Notes: generated from the letters alone by a model not told the origin. Shown: positions 21,245-32,417, counted from the first letter of the stretch. The stretch is 62,395 nucleotides of DNA from Candidatus Omnitrophota bacterium (GCA_028715645.1 JAQURK010000003.1:1-62395); one strand, 5' to 3'. Translations and numbers: made by a program.

Positions 21245-22424
21245 GATAAAATTGCTACAGGTATCTCAGGCTGCGGGAGGCGTGCAGAGGCACGTGATAG
21301 ATATTGTTTCCAACATCGATAAAGACAGGTTTGATATAACCGGCGTCTGTCCGCCCAGGGATCTTGTAAAGGGCGTATCGCGAGATAAGGAATCTTTTTG
21401 CGCGGCCTTTGAAAGGATCGGCGTCAGGGTGCATCCGCTGAAGATGCGCAGGGAAATAAGGCCCATAAGCGACCTTGCCGCCTTTATCCGTCTTTATCTC
21501 TTTATAAAAAAACAACGGTTCGATGTGGTGCACGCCCACAGTTCAAAGGCGGGTTTCATCGCGCGGATAGCGGCAAGGATAGCGGGCGTGCCGGCGATTG
21601 TCTATACGCCCAACAATTTTACATTTGACAGGCCCGGCAGGATGACGGCGAAAAGAAGATTCTTCGCCTTGCTTGAAAGATTTGCCGGGTTATTTTGCGA
21701 CAAGGTAATGGCGGTATGCGGGGATGAAAAGGATTTGGCTGCAAGGCTTGGGGTATTACCCGCAAAAAAGATCGCGGTGATAAGCAATGTCATAGACACC
21801 TCAAGGTTAAATTTTAATGTAGATATGGCCGCAAAAAGAGAGGAGCTGGGGATCGGCTTGGAAGAAAGACTGGTGGTCTCTGTCGGCCGTGTTGCCGAAC
21901 AAAAATCACCTAAGGATTTCATCCTTGCCGCTGAGAGGGTCCTTGGTAAAAATAAAAATACCAGGTTCCTTTTTTTAGGCGACGGCCCTCTCTTGTATAA
22001 GGCGCGCTCGCTTGTCGAAAAGAAAGGCCTTCAAGGATATATAAGGTTGCCTGGCTGGAGAAACGACGCCGCAGAGGTAATAGCCGCCTCAGACCTGTTT
22101 GTCCTTAGCTCTCTCTGGGAGGTTCTGCCCAATCATAGTCTGCTTGACGCCATGGCGCTGGGAAAACCCGCTATCATTACGGCGACCTCCGGAGCCAGGG
22201 AGGTGGTTTTTGACGGGGTTAACGGTTATGTGGTGCCGGTGGGGCGCCCTGACCTGCTGGCCGATTTCATCCTTCACCTTCTTGAGTTGCCTTTAAACCA
22301 GTTGCAGGAATTCGGGAGGCGCTCAAAGGAGATGTTTAAAGAAAGGCCGGGCCCTCGGGAGATAGCAAGAATTATTGAGAATACTTACTTGGAAATACTT
22401 ACAGGAAAGAAGATCCTCATATGA
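21237..22424 (+). CDS. glycosyltransferase family 4/1
   Basis: 395 aa, TTG start, GT-B C-terminal motif (LLDAMALGKPAIITATSGAREVV). Confidence 0.85.
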   Translation: MSRIKLLQVSQAAGGVQRHVIDIVSNIDKDRFDITGVCPPRDLVKGVSRDKESFCAAFERIGVRVHPLKMRREIRPISDLAAFIRLYLFIKKQRFDVVHAHSSKAGFIARIAARIAGVPAIVYTPNNFTFDRPGRMTAKRRFFALLERFAGLFCDKVMAVCGDEKDLAARLGVLPAKKIAVISNVIDTSRLNFNVDMAAKREELGIGLEERLVVSVGRVAEQKSPKDFILAAERVLGKNKNTRFLFLGDGPLLYKARSLVEKKGLQGYIRLPGWRNDAAEVIAASDLFVLSSLWEVLPNHSLLDAMALGKPAIITATSGAREVVFDGVNGYVVPVGRPDLLADFILHLLELPLNQLQEFGRRSKEMFKERPGPREIARIIENTYLEILTGKKILI

Positions 22425-23431
22425 AAAGGATAAATTTATTTTTGACAGTAATTATCATAGGGCTGCTGAATTTTTCATGCGGGGGGCAGGCCGCGGATAC
22501 GGCCTCGCTTCAATCACCCTTCGGGGTCTGCGTCGATGTGGATGAATGCAAGGACGAGCGCATCCCTCTGCTTATAAACCAGGCGGGGATAAAATGGGTG
22601 AGGCAGCAGATACGATGGGACCTTATCGAGCCGAAAAAAGGGGAATTCCATTGGGAAGGTTTTGACAAGGCGATCGAGAACGAATACAAACAGGGCCTGA
22701 ACGCCTTTGGTCAATTTCACTGGAAGAGCTGGTCTGACCCGACTACGGGCAGCGAGGCGGGAATCAGGGATTGGTCCGAATTTGTTTCCCTTGCCGTGAA
22801 CAGGTATAAGGATAAGATAAAATACTGGGAGGTCTGGAACGAAGAGGATTTCCAGGGCTTCTGGCCGCCTGAACCTAACCCCGCGAATTATGTAAAACTC
22901 TTAAAGGCCGCTTATATCGCCGCTAAAAAGGCGGACCCGGAATGCAAGATCATCCTTGGCGGACTCATGGGCTGGGGCGGCCAATATACCTATTTCCCTT
23001 TTTTAGACGAGGTGTATAAGAACGGCGGAGGGGATTATTTTGATATCGTAGCGTTCCATCCCTATACCATGCCGAATGCGCCGTCAAAGGATAATTTGCT
23101 TAAGAGAAAGATCGAAGATGTGCTCGAGCGATTAAAAAATAACGGCGCGCCGGATAAACCGATTTGGATAACAGAATTAGGCTGGCCGAGCAATAAATTA
23201 GTCGACCCTCAGTCGGAAAGAGGCGTTACCCCGGATGAACAGGCCGGATATCTAAAAGAGGCATTCGCGATATGCCTTTCATATCCGCAGATCAAAAAAG
23301 TCTTCTGGTACGGCTTCAGGGATGTGGGGCCCTCGCCCACTGATACAGAGCACCATTACGGCCTAGTTAAAAATGACCTTGAACCAAAACTCTCATACCG
23401 CGCGTATAAGGAATTTATAGATAAATGGTAA
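22421..23431 (+). CDS. lipoprotein glycoside hydrolase, clan GH-A TIM barrel (GH5/GH39-like)
   Basis: 336 aa. Lipobox LLNFSC-GG. Acid/base motif YWEVWNEE and nucleophile motif WITELGW. Confidence 0.7.
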   Translation: MKRINLFLTVIIIGLLNFSCGGQAADTASLQSPFGVCVDVDECKDERIPLLINQAGIKWVRQQIRWDLIEPKKGEFHWEGFDKAIENEYKQGLNAFGQFHWKSWSDPTTGSEAGIRDWSEFVSLAVNRYKDKIKYWEVWNEEDFQGFWPPEPNPANYVKLLKAAYIAAKKADPECKIILGGLMGWGGQYTYFPFLDEVYKNGGGDYFDIVAFHPYTMPNAPSKDNLLKRKIEDVLERLKNNGAPDKPIWITELGWPSNKLVDPQSERGVTPDEQAGYLKEAFAICLSYPQIKKVFWYGFRDVGPSPTDTEHHYGLVKNDLEPKLSYRAYKEFIDKW

Positions 23432-24033
23432 AATCGTATCAGTTTTTAAAACGCCTGACAGATATCGCGGTTTCTCTTTTATGTATAATATTATTAACGC
23501 CGTTTTTTTTGGCAATTGCGATTATTATACGGATCGATTCAAAGGGTCCGGCGGTTTTCAGGCAGATAAGGATCGGGCAGGACGGTAAGCCGTTTTTATT
23601 CTTCAAATTCAGGACAATGAGATACGATGCGGAAAAACTTAAGGAAGGCATGAGGCATTTAAGCGATATGGAAGGCCCCATCTTTAAGATCAAAAGAGAT
23701 CCCAGGATTACAAGGATAGGCAGGTTTTTAAGGAGGACAAGCATCGATGAGTTCCCTCAGTTATTCAATGTCCTTAAGGGCGATATGACGCTGATAGGGC
23801 CCAGGCCGCCATTAGTCGAAGAGGTAAGGAAATACGGTAAAAGGGAGATGCGGAGGCTGAGCGTCAAGCCCGGGATGACAGGGCTTTGGCAGGTCAGCGG
23901 CAGGAACGATATCTCTTTTCTGGAATGGATGGAACTTGACCTTTATTACATAGAACACAGATCCATAACGCTGGATATTAATATATTGATAAGGACGATA
24001 CCGGCCGTGCTGTCTTGCAAGGGCGCGTATTGA
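23425..24033 (+). CDS. small monotopic phosphoglycosyl transferase (bacterial sugar transferase, PglC/WbaP-C-like)
   Basis: 202 aa. N-terminal re-entrant helix. Motifs PAVFRQIRIG, KFRTM, SIDEFPQL, LIGPRPP. Confidence 0.9.
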   Translation: MVKSYQFLKRLTDIAVSLLCIILLTPFFLAIAIIIRIDSKGPAVFRQIRIGQDGKPFLFFKFRTMRYDAEKLKEGMRHLSDMEGPIFKIKRDPRITRIGRFLRRTSIDEFPQLFNVLKGDMTLIGPRPPLVEEVRKYGKREMRRLSVKPGMTGLWQVSGRNDISFLEWMELDLYYIEHRSITLDINILIRTIPAVLSCKGAY

Positions 24034-24043
24034 GGAGGCAATC

Positions 24044-25186
24044 ATGTCATTTTTAAGAAAGCTTTTTACGCTTGGCGGCGACGAGATATATAATAGGGCC
24101 ATGGATAATTACAACAGTTGCCGGTATAAAGAAGCGATAGAGGGATTTGAGAAGGTTATTAGAGCCACTAAGGGCAGGGGCAGGCTGCACAAGGAACTGG
24201 CGATTTTTTATAAGAGCCAGGCCTACAGGAATTCAGGCATCATTCTCATGCATGAAGGTAAATTTGAAGAGGCAATAAAGGATTTTATGACGGCCCTTGA
24301 GATCATCCCGGACAGCACGGTCCTTCATAGTTATCTTGGGATATGTTATAACAATATAGGAAGATTTAATGAGGCCGTCGCTGAGCTTGAGAAGGGCGTG
24401 GCGGATAAGACAGGCGATGTTCAGGCGAGGACCCGTCTGGCCCTTGCCCTAAGGAACCAGGGTTTGTATGACAGGGCAATAGAGGAACTGCGTTACGCGG
24501 TAAGCATCAATCCCGGGCATGCCGACCTGCGGTATTATTTGGGCCTTGTCCTTTGCAACAAGAATGATTATAGAGCGGCGATGGATGAACTGGCTATAGC
24601 CCTGTCTATTAACCCTAAATATACGGATGCCAGGACAAAACTCGATTTTTTACGATCGCTTGCCTCAGAGCCGGATCCATCCAAAACCTCGCCGGCAAAG
24701 GAGGGGTTATTTAAGGCGATTACCATCTCCTTAAGCCTTACGCCCTTTGTTTCTCCCGATGCCTCAAGGGAGGATGAGGGGTCTTATAATACCTTGATTT
24801 ACATCTACGGCGAGATACTGAAGGAGCATCCCAATTACGCCGATATACATTTTAAATTGGCGCAAATTTACGAAAACCAGAACAAGCCGAAAGACGCAGA
24901 GACGGAATTCAGGAAGGCCCTCGCTATAAACCCTGATTTCATGCAGGCAAGGATAAGTCTGGGATTTTTGTATAAGGAGCTCTCAAGGCTTGAAGACGCG
25001 GCGAAGGAATTCGGTTTTGTCCTTGAAAAGAAATTCCCATATCCCATGGTGGCCTTTAACCTGGGCCTGATCTATAAGCGCCTTAACAGGAACAGGGAGG
25101 CGGCAAAGGCCTTCAGGATGGCGCTTGAGTTCGATCCCCATTTTGAGGAAGCAAAACAGGAATTACAGGACATCCCGCCCGGTTAA
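24044..25186 (+). CDS. TPR-repeat protein
   Basis: 380 aa with repeated 34-aa TPR units (..AIEELRYAVSINPGHADLRYYLGLVL..). Confidence 0.85.
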   Translation: MSFLRKLFTLGGDEIYNRAMDNYNSCRYKEAIEGFEKVIRATKGRGRLHKELAIFYKSQAYRNSGIILMHEGKFEEAIKDFMTALEIIPDSTVLHSYLGICYNNIGRFNEAVAELEKGVADKTGDVQARTRLALALRNQGLYDRAIEELRYAVSINPGHADLRYYLGLVLCNKNDYRAAMDELAIALSINPKYTDARTKLDFLRSLASEPDPSKTSPAKEGLFKAITISLSLTPFVSPDASREDEGSYNTLIYIYGEILKEHPNYADIHFKLAQIYENQNKPKDAETEFRKALAINPDFMQARISLGFLYKELSRLEDAAKEFGFVLEKKFPYPMVAFNLGLIYKRLNRNREAAKAFRMALEFDPHFEEAKQELQDIPPG

Positions 25187-25236
25187 AATAAACCTTTACA
25201 ATATAATTATATTTTAGTAGAATTATTAAAGAAAAA

Positions 25237-25303
25237 GATTACAGCGATGAAAAAGATACGATTATAACGATATCGCTGTAATCGATTTTAAATCGCTGTA
25301 ATC
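25237..25303. repeat. three copies of the 12-mer GATTACAGCGAT (one forward, two inverted)
   Basis: GATTACAGCGAT at 25237-25248. ATCGCTGTAATC at 25272-25283 and 25292-25303. A related pair lies at 36963-36989. Confidence 0.9.
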
Positions 25304-25331
25304 ATATATAAAATAGAGAGGAGAATTAGAT

Positions 25332-26078
25332 ATGTCAGGACATTCTAAATGGGCGACAATTAAACACAAAAAAGGCGCCTTGGATGCCAAGAGAGGCCAG
25401 CTTTTTACGAAGCTGATCAAGGAAATTACCATAGCCGCGAAGAATGGCGGTAATCCCGACACCAACCCCAGGCTGAGGTCCGCGATACAGAAGGCAAAGG
25501 AATCCAACATGCCCGCGGATAATATAGACAGGGCAGTCAAAAAAGGCACCGGTGAGCTGCCCGGCGTCATTTATGAAGAGGTTATGTATGAGGGGTATGG
25601 CCCCGCGGGAGTGGCGATCCTTGTTGAGGCCGTCACCGACAACAAAAACAGGGCCTCCAGCGAAATCAGGAACATCTTCGCGAAAAAAGGCGGGAACATG
25701 GCCGGATCGGGCTCGGTAAGCTGGATATTTGAAAAAAAAGGATTTTTTGTCGTCAATAAAAAACAAATCGATGAGGATAAATTAATGACGATCGTCCTTG
25801 AGGCCGGCGCCGAGGACCTTGTGACCGAAGATGACACTTACGAGATAAAATCAAGCCCCGCCGATTTTGAAAATGTCAGAAAGGCCCTTGAGGCGAATAA
25901 GATAAAATACGAATCGGCAGAGATAACCATGGCGCCGAAAAATACCATAAGCCTTGCCGGCGATGACGCCAAACAGATACTTGGTCTGGTGGACGCGCTG
26001 GAGGAGCACGAGGATGTCCAGAATGTCTACGCCAATTTTGACATCCCCGACGAGATATTAAAAGCGATAGAAGGTTAA
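25332..26078 (+). CDS. yebC: YebC/PmpR-family transcriptional regulator
   Basis: 248 aa. MSGHSKWATIKHKKGALDAKRG start; SD GAGGAG. Confidence 0.96.
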   Translation: MSGHSKWATIKHKKGALDAKRGQLFTKLIKEITIAAKNGGNPDTNPRLRSAIQKAKESNMPADNIDRAVKKGTGELPGVIYEEVMYEGYGPAGVAILVEAVTDNKNRASSEIRNIFAKKGGNMAGSGSVSWIFEKKGFFVVNKKQIDEDKLMTIVLEAGAEDLVTEDDTYEIKSSPADFENVRKALEANKIKYESAEITMAPKNTISLAGDDAKQILGLVDALEEHEDVQNVYANFDIPDEILKAIEG

Positions 26079-26555
26079 ATGCGGATTCTCGGTATCGATC
26101 CGGGTCTGGACACAACAGGCTACGGCATAATAGACGATGAAAAAGATACCTTCAGGCTGTTAGAAGCAGGCGTAATAAAAACCTCCGGCGAAAGGCCGCT
26201 TGAGCAAAGGCTAAAAAAGGTTTACCTTGGCATCACCAGCCTGATAAAAAGATACAAGCCGGAGGTCATGGTCTTAGAGCAGCTTTACTCGCATTACAAA
26301 CATCCCACAACGGCAATCCTGATGGGCCATAGCCGCGGGGCGGCCTGCCTCGCGGGCGGCGAACATAATATCCCGGTAGTCAGCTATCCGGCGAAAAGAA
26401 TAAAGAAGGCGGTTACCGGGAACGGCAGCGCGTCCAAGGACCAGGTACAGAGGATGATAGAGCATATCCTCGGGCTTGACCCGATAGATATGCCGCTCGA
26501 TGTTACGGACGCCCTGTCCGTCGCTATAACCCACAGTTATATAAAAAGGGTTTGA
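26079..26555 (+). CDS. ruvC: Holliday junction resolvase RuvC
   Basis: 158 aa. MRILGIDPGL start; conserved acidic residues. Confidence 0.95.
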   Translation: MRILGIDPGLDTTGYGIIDDEKDTFRLLEAGVIKTSGERPLEQRLKKVYLGITSLIKRYKPEVMVLEQLYSHYKHPTTAILMGHSRGAACLAGGEHNIPVVSYPAKRIKKAVTGNGSASKDQVQRMIEHILGLDPIDMPLDVTDALSVAITHSYIKRV

Positions 26556-26561
26556 AGAAAA

Positions 26562-27188
26562 ATGATATCGCATATTTGCGGCAGACTGGTGGAAAAAAGG
26601 GATTCGGGCGTTATCCTTGAAGTAAACGGGATAAGCTACGAGATCTGGCTTCCGCCCGCCGTCTTGAATACGCTTGAAGGCTCTACGGGCCAGGATGGGC
26701 AGCTTAAGCTGGTGACATATTACTATCATCAGGTAGATCAATCGAAGGCGGTTCCAGTGCTTATCGGCTTCTTAAACGAGATAGAGAAGGATTTTTTTGA
26801 GCAGTTCATTACCGTTTCAGGCATTGGGCCAAAGGCGGCCTGCAGGGCGCTTAGCCTGCCATTCTCCGTTATCGCCGAGGCCATTGATAACGGCGACTCA
26901 AGCCTCTTAAGGACGCTTCCAGGGATTGGAGAGCAGAGGGCAAGGGAGATCATCGCAAAGCTGCAGGGTAAGGTAGGCAGGTTCGGCCTTATACAGGACA
27001 AGCCGTTAGGCCCGGCGCCCAAGATTAAGGATGATATGAAACAGGAGGCGCTGGATGTTCTTATTCAACTGCAGTATAAGCGCAGAGAGGCCGAGGACAT
27101 GCTGAATAAGGCGATAACAAGAAACCCCTCCCTTAAAACCTGCGAAGAAATATTAAACGAGGTCTACAGGCAGAAGACCAAAAAATAA
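26562..27188 (+). CDS. ruvA: Holliday junction branch migration protein RuvA
   Basis: 208 aa. MISHICGRL start and HhH motifs (VSGIGPKAA, LPGIGEQRA). Confidence 0.95.
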   Translation: MISHICGRLVEKRDSGVILEVNGISYEIWLPPAVLNTLEGSTGQDGQLKLVTYYYHQVDQSKAVPVLIGFLNEIEKDFFEQFITVSGIGPKAACRALSLPFSVIAEAIDNGDSSLLRTLPGIGEQRAREIIAKLQGKVGRFGLIQDKPLGPAPKIKDDMKQEALDVLIQLQYKRREAEDMLNKAITRNPSLKTCEEILNEVYRQKTKK

Positions 27189-28264
27189 TGGAAAAGTTCA
27201 CTACGCCGATCTTAAAGGGAAAACAGGCCGCCCCTGGCCAGCCAGGCAAGACAAGGGTTATCTTTGGCCAGGAAACCGAAGAAGACGCGATATTAAACCT
27301 TTCCCTAAGGCCGTTAAACACCAAAGATTTCATCGGGCAAAAAGCGGTCATCGATAACCTGCTTATCTCCATGCAGGCCTCAAAGAAAAGGAAGGAGCCG
27401 CTTGAGCATGTCCTGTTCTCCGGCCCTCCGGGTCTCGGGAAGACGACGCTTGCCCACATAATCGCGAATGAAATGGGGACAAAGATCACCGCCACAAGCG
27501 GCCCCGCGATTGAGCGCGCCGGCGACCTCATAGGTATTCTCACCAACCTCGGGAAGGGAGATATCCTTTTTATAGACGAAATCCACCGGCTCTCAAAGGT
27601 GGTCGAGGAATTTTTATATCCGGCCATGGAAAATTTCCAGATCGATTTTGTCATAGATAAGGGACCTTACGCTAAGACCATAAAATTCAACCTGAAACAT
27701 TTTACGCTGATAGGCGCGACAACGCGCGCGGGCCTTTTGGCCTCACCGCTGCGCGGCAGGTTCGGGCTTTTTTATCATTTGGATTTCTATGAACCGGACG
27801 ACCTTGTTAAGATCCTGAAACGCTCCTCCGATATCTTAAAAATCAAATTGGACCATAACAGCCTGGTTGAGATAGCAAGGCGTTCCCGGGGCACGCCAAG
27901 GATCGCCAACCGCCTGCTAAGGCGCGTGCGGGACTGGGCCGAGATCAAGACCGGCGGACTCATTTCAAAAGAGATCGTCGACAAGGCGCTTGTTTCTCAG
28001 GGGATAGATAAAAACGGCCTCGATAATCTTGACAGGAAGGTCTTACGCGCCATCGCCGACGTCTTCAAAGGCGGCCCGGTCGGCCTGGAGGCTATCGCGG
28101 CCACCCTTAACGAGGAAAAAGACACCATCGCAGACATAGTAGAGCCGTATCTGTTAAAAACAGGGTTTTTAAAGCGCACCCCGAGAGGAAGGCAGATAAC
28201 CAATCTGGCCTGCGAGGCGCTTGCACTCGCCGGCGCGAAAGAGGCCCAGAGACAGTTGTTTTAA
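27188..28264 (+). CDS. ruvB: Holliday junction helicase RuvB
   Basis: 358 aa. Walker A GPPGLGKTT, Walker B FIDEIHRL, and RGTPRIANRLLRRVRD. Confidence 0.98.
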   Translation: MEKFTTPILKGKQAAPGQPGKTRVIFGQETEEDAILNLSLRPLNTKDFIGQKAVIDNLLISMQASKKRKEPLEHVLFSGPPGLGKTTLAHIIANEMGTKITATSGPAIERAGDLIGILTNLGKGDILFIDEIHRLSKVVEEFLYPAMENFQIDFVIDKGPYAKTIKFNLKHFTLIGATTRAGLLASPLRGRFGLFYHLDFYEPDDLVKILKRSSDILKIKLDHNSLVEIARRSRGTPRIANRLLRRVRDWAEIKTGGLISKEIVDKALVSQGIDKNGLDNLDRKVLRAIADVFKGGPVGLEAIAATLNEEKDTIADIVEPYLLKTGFLKRTPRGRQITNLACEALALAGAKEAQRQLF

Positions 28265-28797
28265 TGAAGATATTACTTCATATCTGCTGCGCGCCCTGCG
28301 GAATTTACCCCTTCAAGGAATTATTAAAGGACCCGTCCAACCACATCAAAGGATTTTATTTTAACCCGAATATCCATCCGAAGGAAGAGTATCAAAGAAG
28401 ACGGGCGGCGCTTGAACAATATTCCAGGACAAGCGGGCTTGAGGTCATTTATCCGGAATGCAACCCCGATGATTTTTTTAAAAAGATTATCAATAATGAT
28501 CAGAGGCCGTCAAGGTGCGGGATCTGCTGGCGGATGAGACTCGAAGAAACCGCCCTTGCCGCGGCAAATGATAAATTCGACGCCTTTACCACCACGCTGC
28601 TAATAAGCCCATACCAGGATAATCTCGTTATTAAGACCATAGGCGAGGACTTGGCAAAGAGACATGATATCAAATTTTATTACAGGGATTTCAGGGAAGG
28701 TTTCAGGCAGTCGCAGAACGAGGCGCGCGACCATAATTTATACAGGCAGAAATATTGCGGCTGCATTTACAGTTTAAAGGAGTCCAGCCGAAAATGA
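28264..28797 (+). CDS. queH: epoxyqueuosine reductase QueH
   Basis: 177 aa. MKILLHICCAPC start and C-terminal YCGC. Confidence 0.9.
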   Translation: MKILLHICCAPCGIYPFKELLKDPSNHIKGFYFNPNIHPKEEYQRRRAALEQYSRTSGLEVIYPECNPDDFFKKIINNDQRPSRCGICWRMRLEETALAAANDKFDAFTTTLLISPYQDNLVIKTIGEDLAKRHDIKFYYRDFREGFRQSQNEARDHNLYRQKYCGCIYSLKESSRK

Positions 28798-29936
28798 GAA
28801 GGGCTATGTTACGTTATCTATGTTTTCTTGCGGCCTGCGCAGTTTTATTATTCGCGGCGCCCGCCTGTGCGCAGGATCGGGAGCCGGAGCAAATTCGCGT
28901 CCGTGTTATCAATAACGTGGACGCGATAACACTCACCGCGGAAAGCGGGTATAAGGTCTATGACCGCGGCGACGGCCGACTGCTTAAAGAAGGCGGCGCG
29001 TTATACGGGGCAAAGGTCGCGGCGGCGCCCCAAGGCCTGATGCTGGGCGACCTGCCCATCGCCGCGGAAGGTATAAGGATAAAAACGAATAAGGACGGCA
29101 GGATCTACGCCGATAAATGGCGCTTCAGGGGCGAGCTCGAGATTTTTAAGAATAAGGAGTCAAAATTGGTTGTGGTAAACAACCTTGACATAGAAAGCTA
29201 CCTGTACGGCGTTTTATATCATGAGGTTTCCCACTATTGGCCTTATGAGGTCCTTAAGGCGCAGGCCATAGCGGCCAGATCATTTGCCCTTTACCAGAAA
29301 AAGGCCATGAAGGACAAGGATTACGATGTCACTGCCGATATCTACTCCCAGGTTTACGGCGGCAGGACTGCCGAAAAATACAGAACCAACAGGGCGGTTG
29401 ACATGACCAGAGGAAAGATACTTGAATTTAACAACGATTGCCTTCCTGCCTACTATCACGCGACGTGCGGCGGTTTTACGGAAGACGCAGGAAATCTCTG
29501 GAAGATTGATCTCGCGCCGCTTAAAGGCGTAGAATGCAAGTTTTGTCGGCGGTCAAAGCATTTTCACTGGATAAAGAAGATAGGCATTGCGGATATCGAG
29601 GAAACCCTGAACAAGGCAGGATACGCCGCCTCCGGCATAACCCAGATAAAGATCGACGGCAGGAATAGGTCGAACCGGATAAATAACCTGATCATACAAG
29701 GAAACGGCCAGGAGGTAAAAATCCCGGGCAAGGACTTCAGGATCCTTATCGGGCCTAATCTCCTTAAGAGCAATAATTATAATGTGTGGCTTTCCGGCAA
29801 TACCGCCGTCTTTAAGGGGACAGGATGGGGGCACGGCGTCGGTATGTGCCAGTGGGGCGCGTATTTCATGGCAAAAAAGGGCTATAAGGCCGCGCAGATC
29901 CTTCAATATTATTACCCCGGCGCCGAGATAAAATGA
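28794..29936 (+). CDS. SpoIID/LytB-domain protein
   Basis: Start taken at ATG 28794 (ATGA overlap with queH), giving signal peptide MRRAMLRYLCFLAACAVLLFAAPACA. SpoIID motifs YLYGVLYHEV, QAIAARSFAL, YHATCGG, GHGVGMCQWGA. Confidence 0.88.
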   Translation: MRRAMLRYLCFLAACAVLLFAAPACAQDREPEQIRVRVINNVDAITLTAESGYKVYDRGDGRLLKEGGALYGAKVAAAPQGLMLGDLPIAAEGIRIKTNKDGRIYADKWRFRGELEIFKNKESKLVVVNNLDIESYLYGVLYHEVSHYWPYEVLKAQAIAARSFALYQKKAMKDKDYDVTADIYSQVYGGRTAEKYRTNRAVDMTRGKILEFNNDCLPAYYHATCGGFTEDAGNLWKIDLAPLKGVECKFCRRSKHFHWIKKIGIADIEETLNKAGYAASGITQIKIDGRNRSNRINNLIIQGNGQEVKIPGKDFRILIGPNLLKSNNYNVWLSGNTAVFKGTGWGHGVGMCQWGAYFMAKKGYKAAQILQYYYPGAEIK

Positions 29937-30937
29937 GATTGTCGGATTTCGATTATGAACTGCCTCAGGAACTGATAGCCCAGCGCCCGCTTGTGGAACG
30001 GGACGGCTCACGGATGATGGTTCTTGAGCGCCGGACAAAAAAAATTTACGAGAAAAAATTTACGAACATCGTTGAATATCTAATTGAGGGGGATGCTCTT
30101 ATCTTGAACGATGCCAGGGTGATCCCCGCCAGATTGACAGGTAAAAAAGAAACAGGCGCGAGGGTAGAATTATTCCTGCTTGAAGCAATGGGCGGCGGCC
30201 GGTATAAGGTCCTTGCCAGGCCGAGCAAAAGGTTAAAAAAAGATTCAAGGGTAATTTTTGACGAGGGCGTGACCGCAGAGGTGCTTGAAGACGCCGATTT
30301 CGGTAAGGTTGTCCAATTTTCAGCCGCCGCGGACCTGGGGAAAAAATTAAGGCGTATAGGCAAGGTGCCGCTTCCGCCCTACATAAAACGCGATCCGGAA
30401 AAAGCGGATGAGGAAAGGTATCAAACGGTTTATGCCAGATCCGACGGCGCGACCGCGTCGCCTACCGCGGGGCTGCATTTTACGAAAGGCCTCCTTTCCG
30501 CGATTAAGGATAAAGGCGTAAATATCGCTTATATTACACTGGATGTAAGCTATGGCACTTTTGCCCCGGTTCTTGAAGAGGAGATAGAAAGGCATAGGAT
30601 GCACAAGGAATATTACAAGCTGCCTGAAGAAACCGCTGAGATGATAAATGAAACAAAAAAGAGAGGTAATAAGATTGTCGCGGTAGGCACGACAGCCGCC
30701 CGCGTGCTTGAAACAGGCGCTCCGGCCGGCGAGGGATTTACGGATTTATTCATATATCCCGGGTATAAATTCAAGGCCGTAGATGCCCTTCTTACGAATT
30801 TTCACATCCCGAAATCAACGCTCCTTATGCTTGTTAGCGCCTTTGCGGGGCGCGACTTTATTATGAAGGCTTATAGGAGCGCGGTCGAGAAGAATTTTCG
30901 TTTTTTTAGTTACGGCGACTGCATGTTAATTATTTAA
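29933..30937 (+). CDS. queA: S-adenosylmethionine:tRNA ribosyltransferase-isomerase
   Basis: 334 aa. MRLSDFDYELPQELIAQRP start and VGTTAARVLE. Confidence 0.96.
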   Translation: MRLSDFDYELPQELIAQRPLVERDGSRMMVLERRTKKIYEKKFTNIVEYLIEGDALILNDARVIPARLTGKKETGARVELFLLEAMGGGRYKVLARPSKRLKKDSRVIFDEGVTAEVLEDADFGKVVQFSAAADLGKKLRRIGKVPLPPYIKRDPEKADEERYQTVYARSDGATASPTAGLHFTKGLLSAIKDKGVNIAYITLDVSYGTFAPVLEEEIERHRMHKEYYKLPEETAEMINETKKRGNKIVAVGTTAARVLETGAPAGEGFTDLFIYPGYKFKAVDALLTNFHIPKSTLLMLVSAFAGRDFIMKAYRSAVEKNFRFFSYGDCMLII

Positions 30938-30942
30938 AAAAA

Positions 30943-32124
<1,182 letters not shown>

Positions 32125-32135
32125 GGGAGGAATAG

Positions 32136-32417
32136 ATGCAAACGCAACCAAGCCCATTGTTAAATTTGATGCCGCTGATCCTGATATTTGTTGTCTTTTA
32201 TTTCCTTTTGATCAGGCCCCAGCAGAAAAAACAGAAGGAACATGACGAGACGATCAAAAAGCTGGAAAAAAACGACGAGGTAGTTACGACGGGCGGCATA
32301 CACGGCACGATAGTAAACGTAAAGGAAACGACGGTCGTCCTTCGGATAGACGACAACTGCAAGATAGAACTGCAAAAGAATTGTGTGGCGTTCCTTAAAA
32401 AGAAGAGGGAATCGTAA
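32136..32417 (+). CDS. yajC: preprotein translocase subunit YajC
   Basis: 93 aa. One TM helix, then RPQQKKQKEH and GGIHGTIV. Confidence 0.92.
   Translation: MQTQPSPLLNLMPLILIFVVFYFLLIRPQQKKQKEHDETIKKLEKNDEVVTTGGIHGTIVNVKETTVVLRIDDNCKIELQKNCVAFLKKKRES

Noticed and set aside
25237-25303. Possible CRISPR array (repeated 12-mers); the same question applies to the heptamer/octamer arrays
   Set aside because: The repeats are only 7-12 nt. They are in mixed orientation, contiguous or separated by 8-23 nt, and have no spacer-like unique segments or cas genes. They are not CRISPR.
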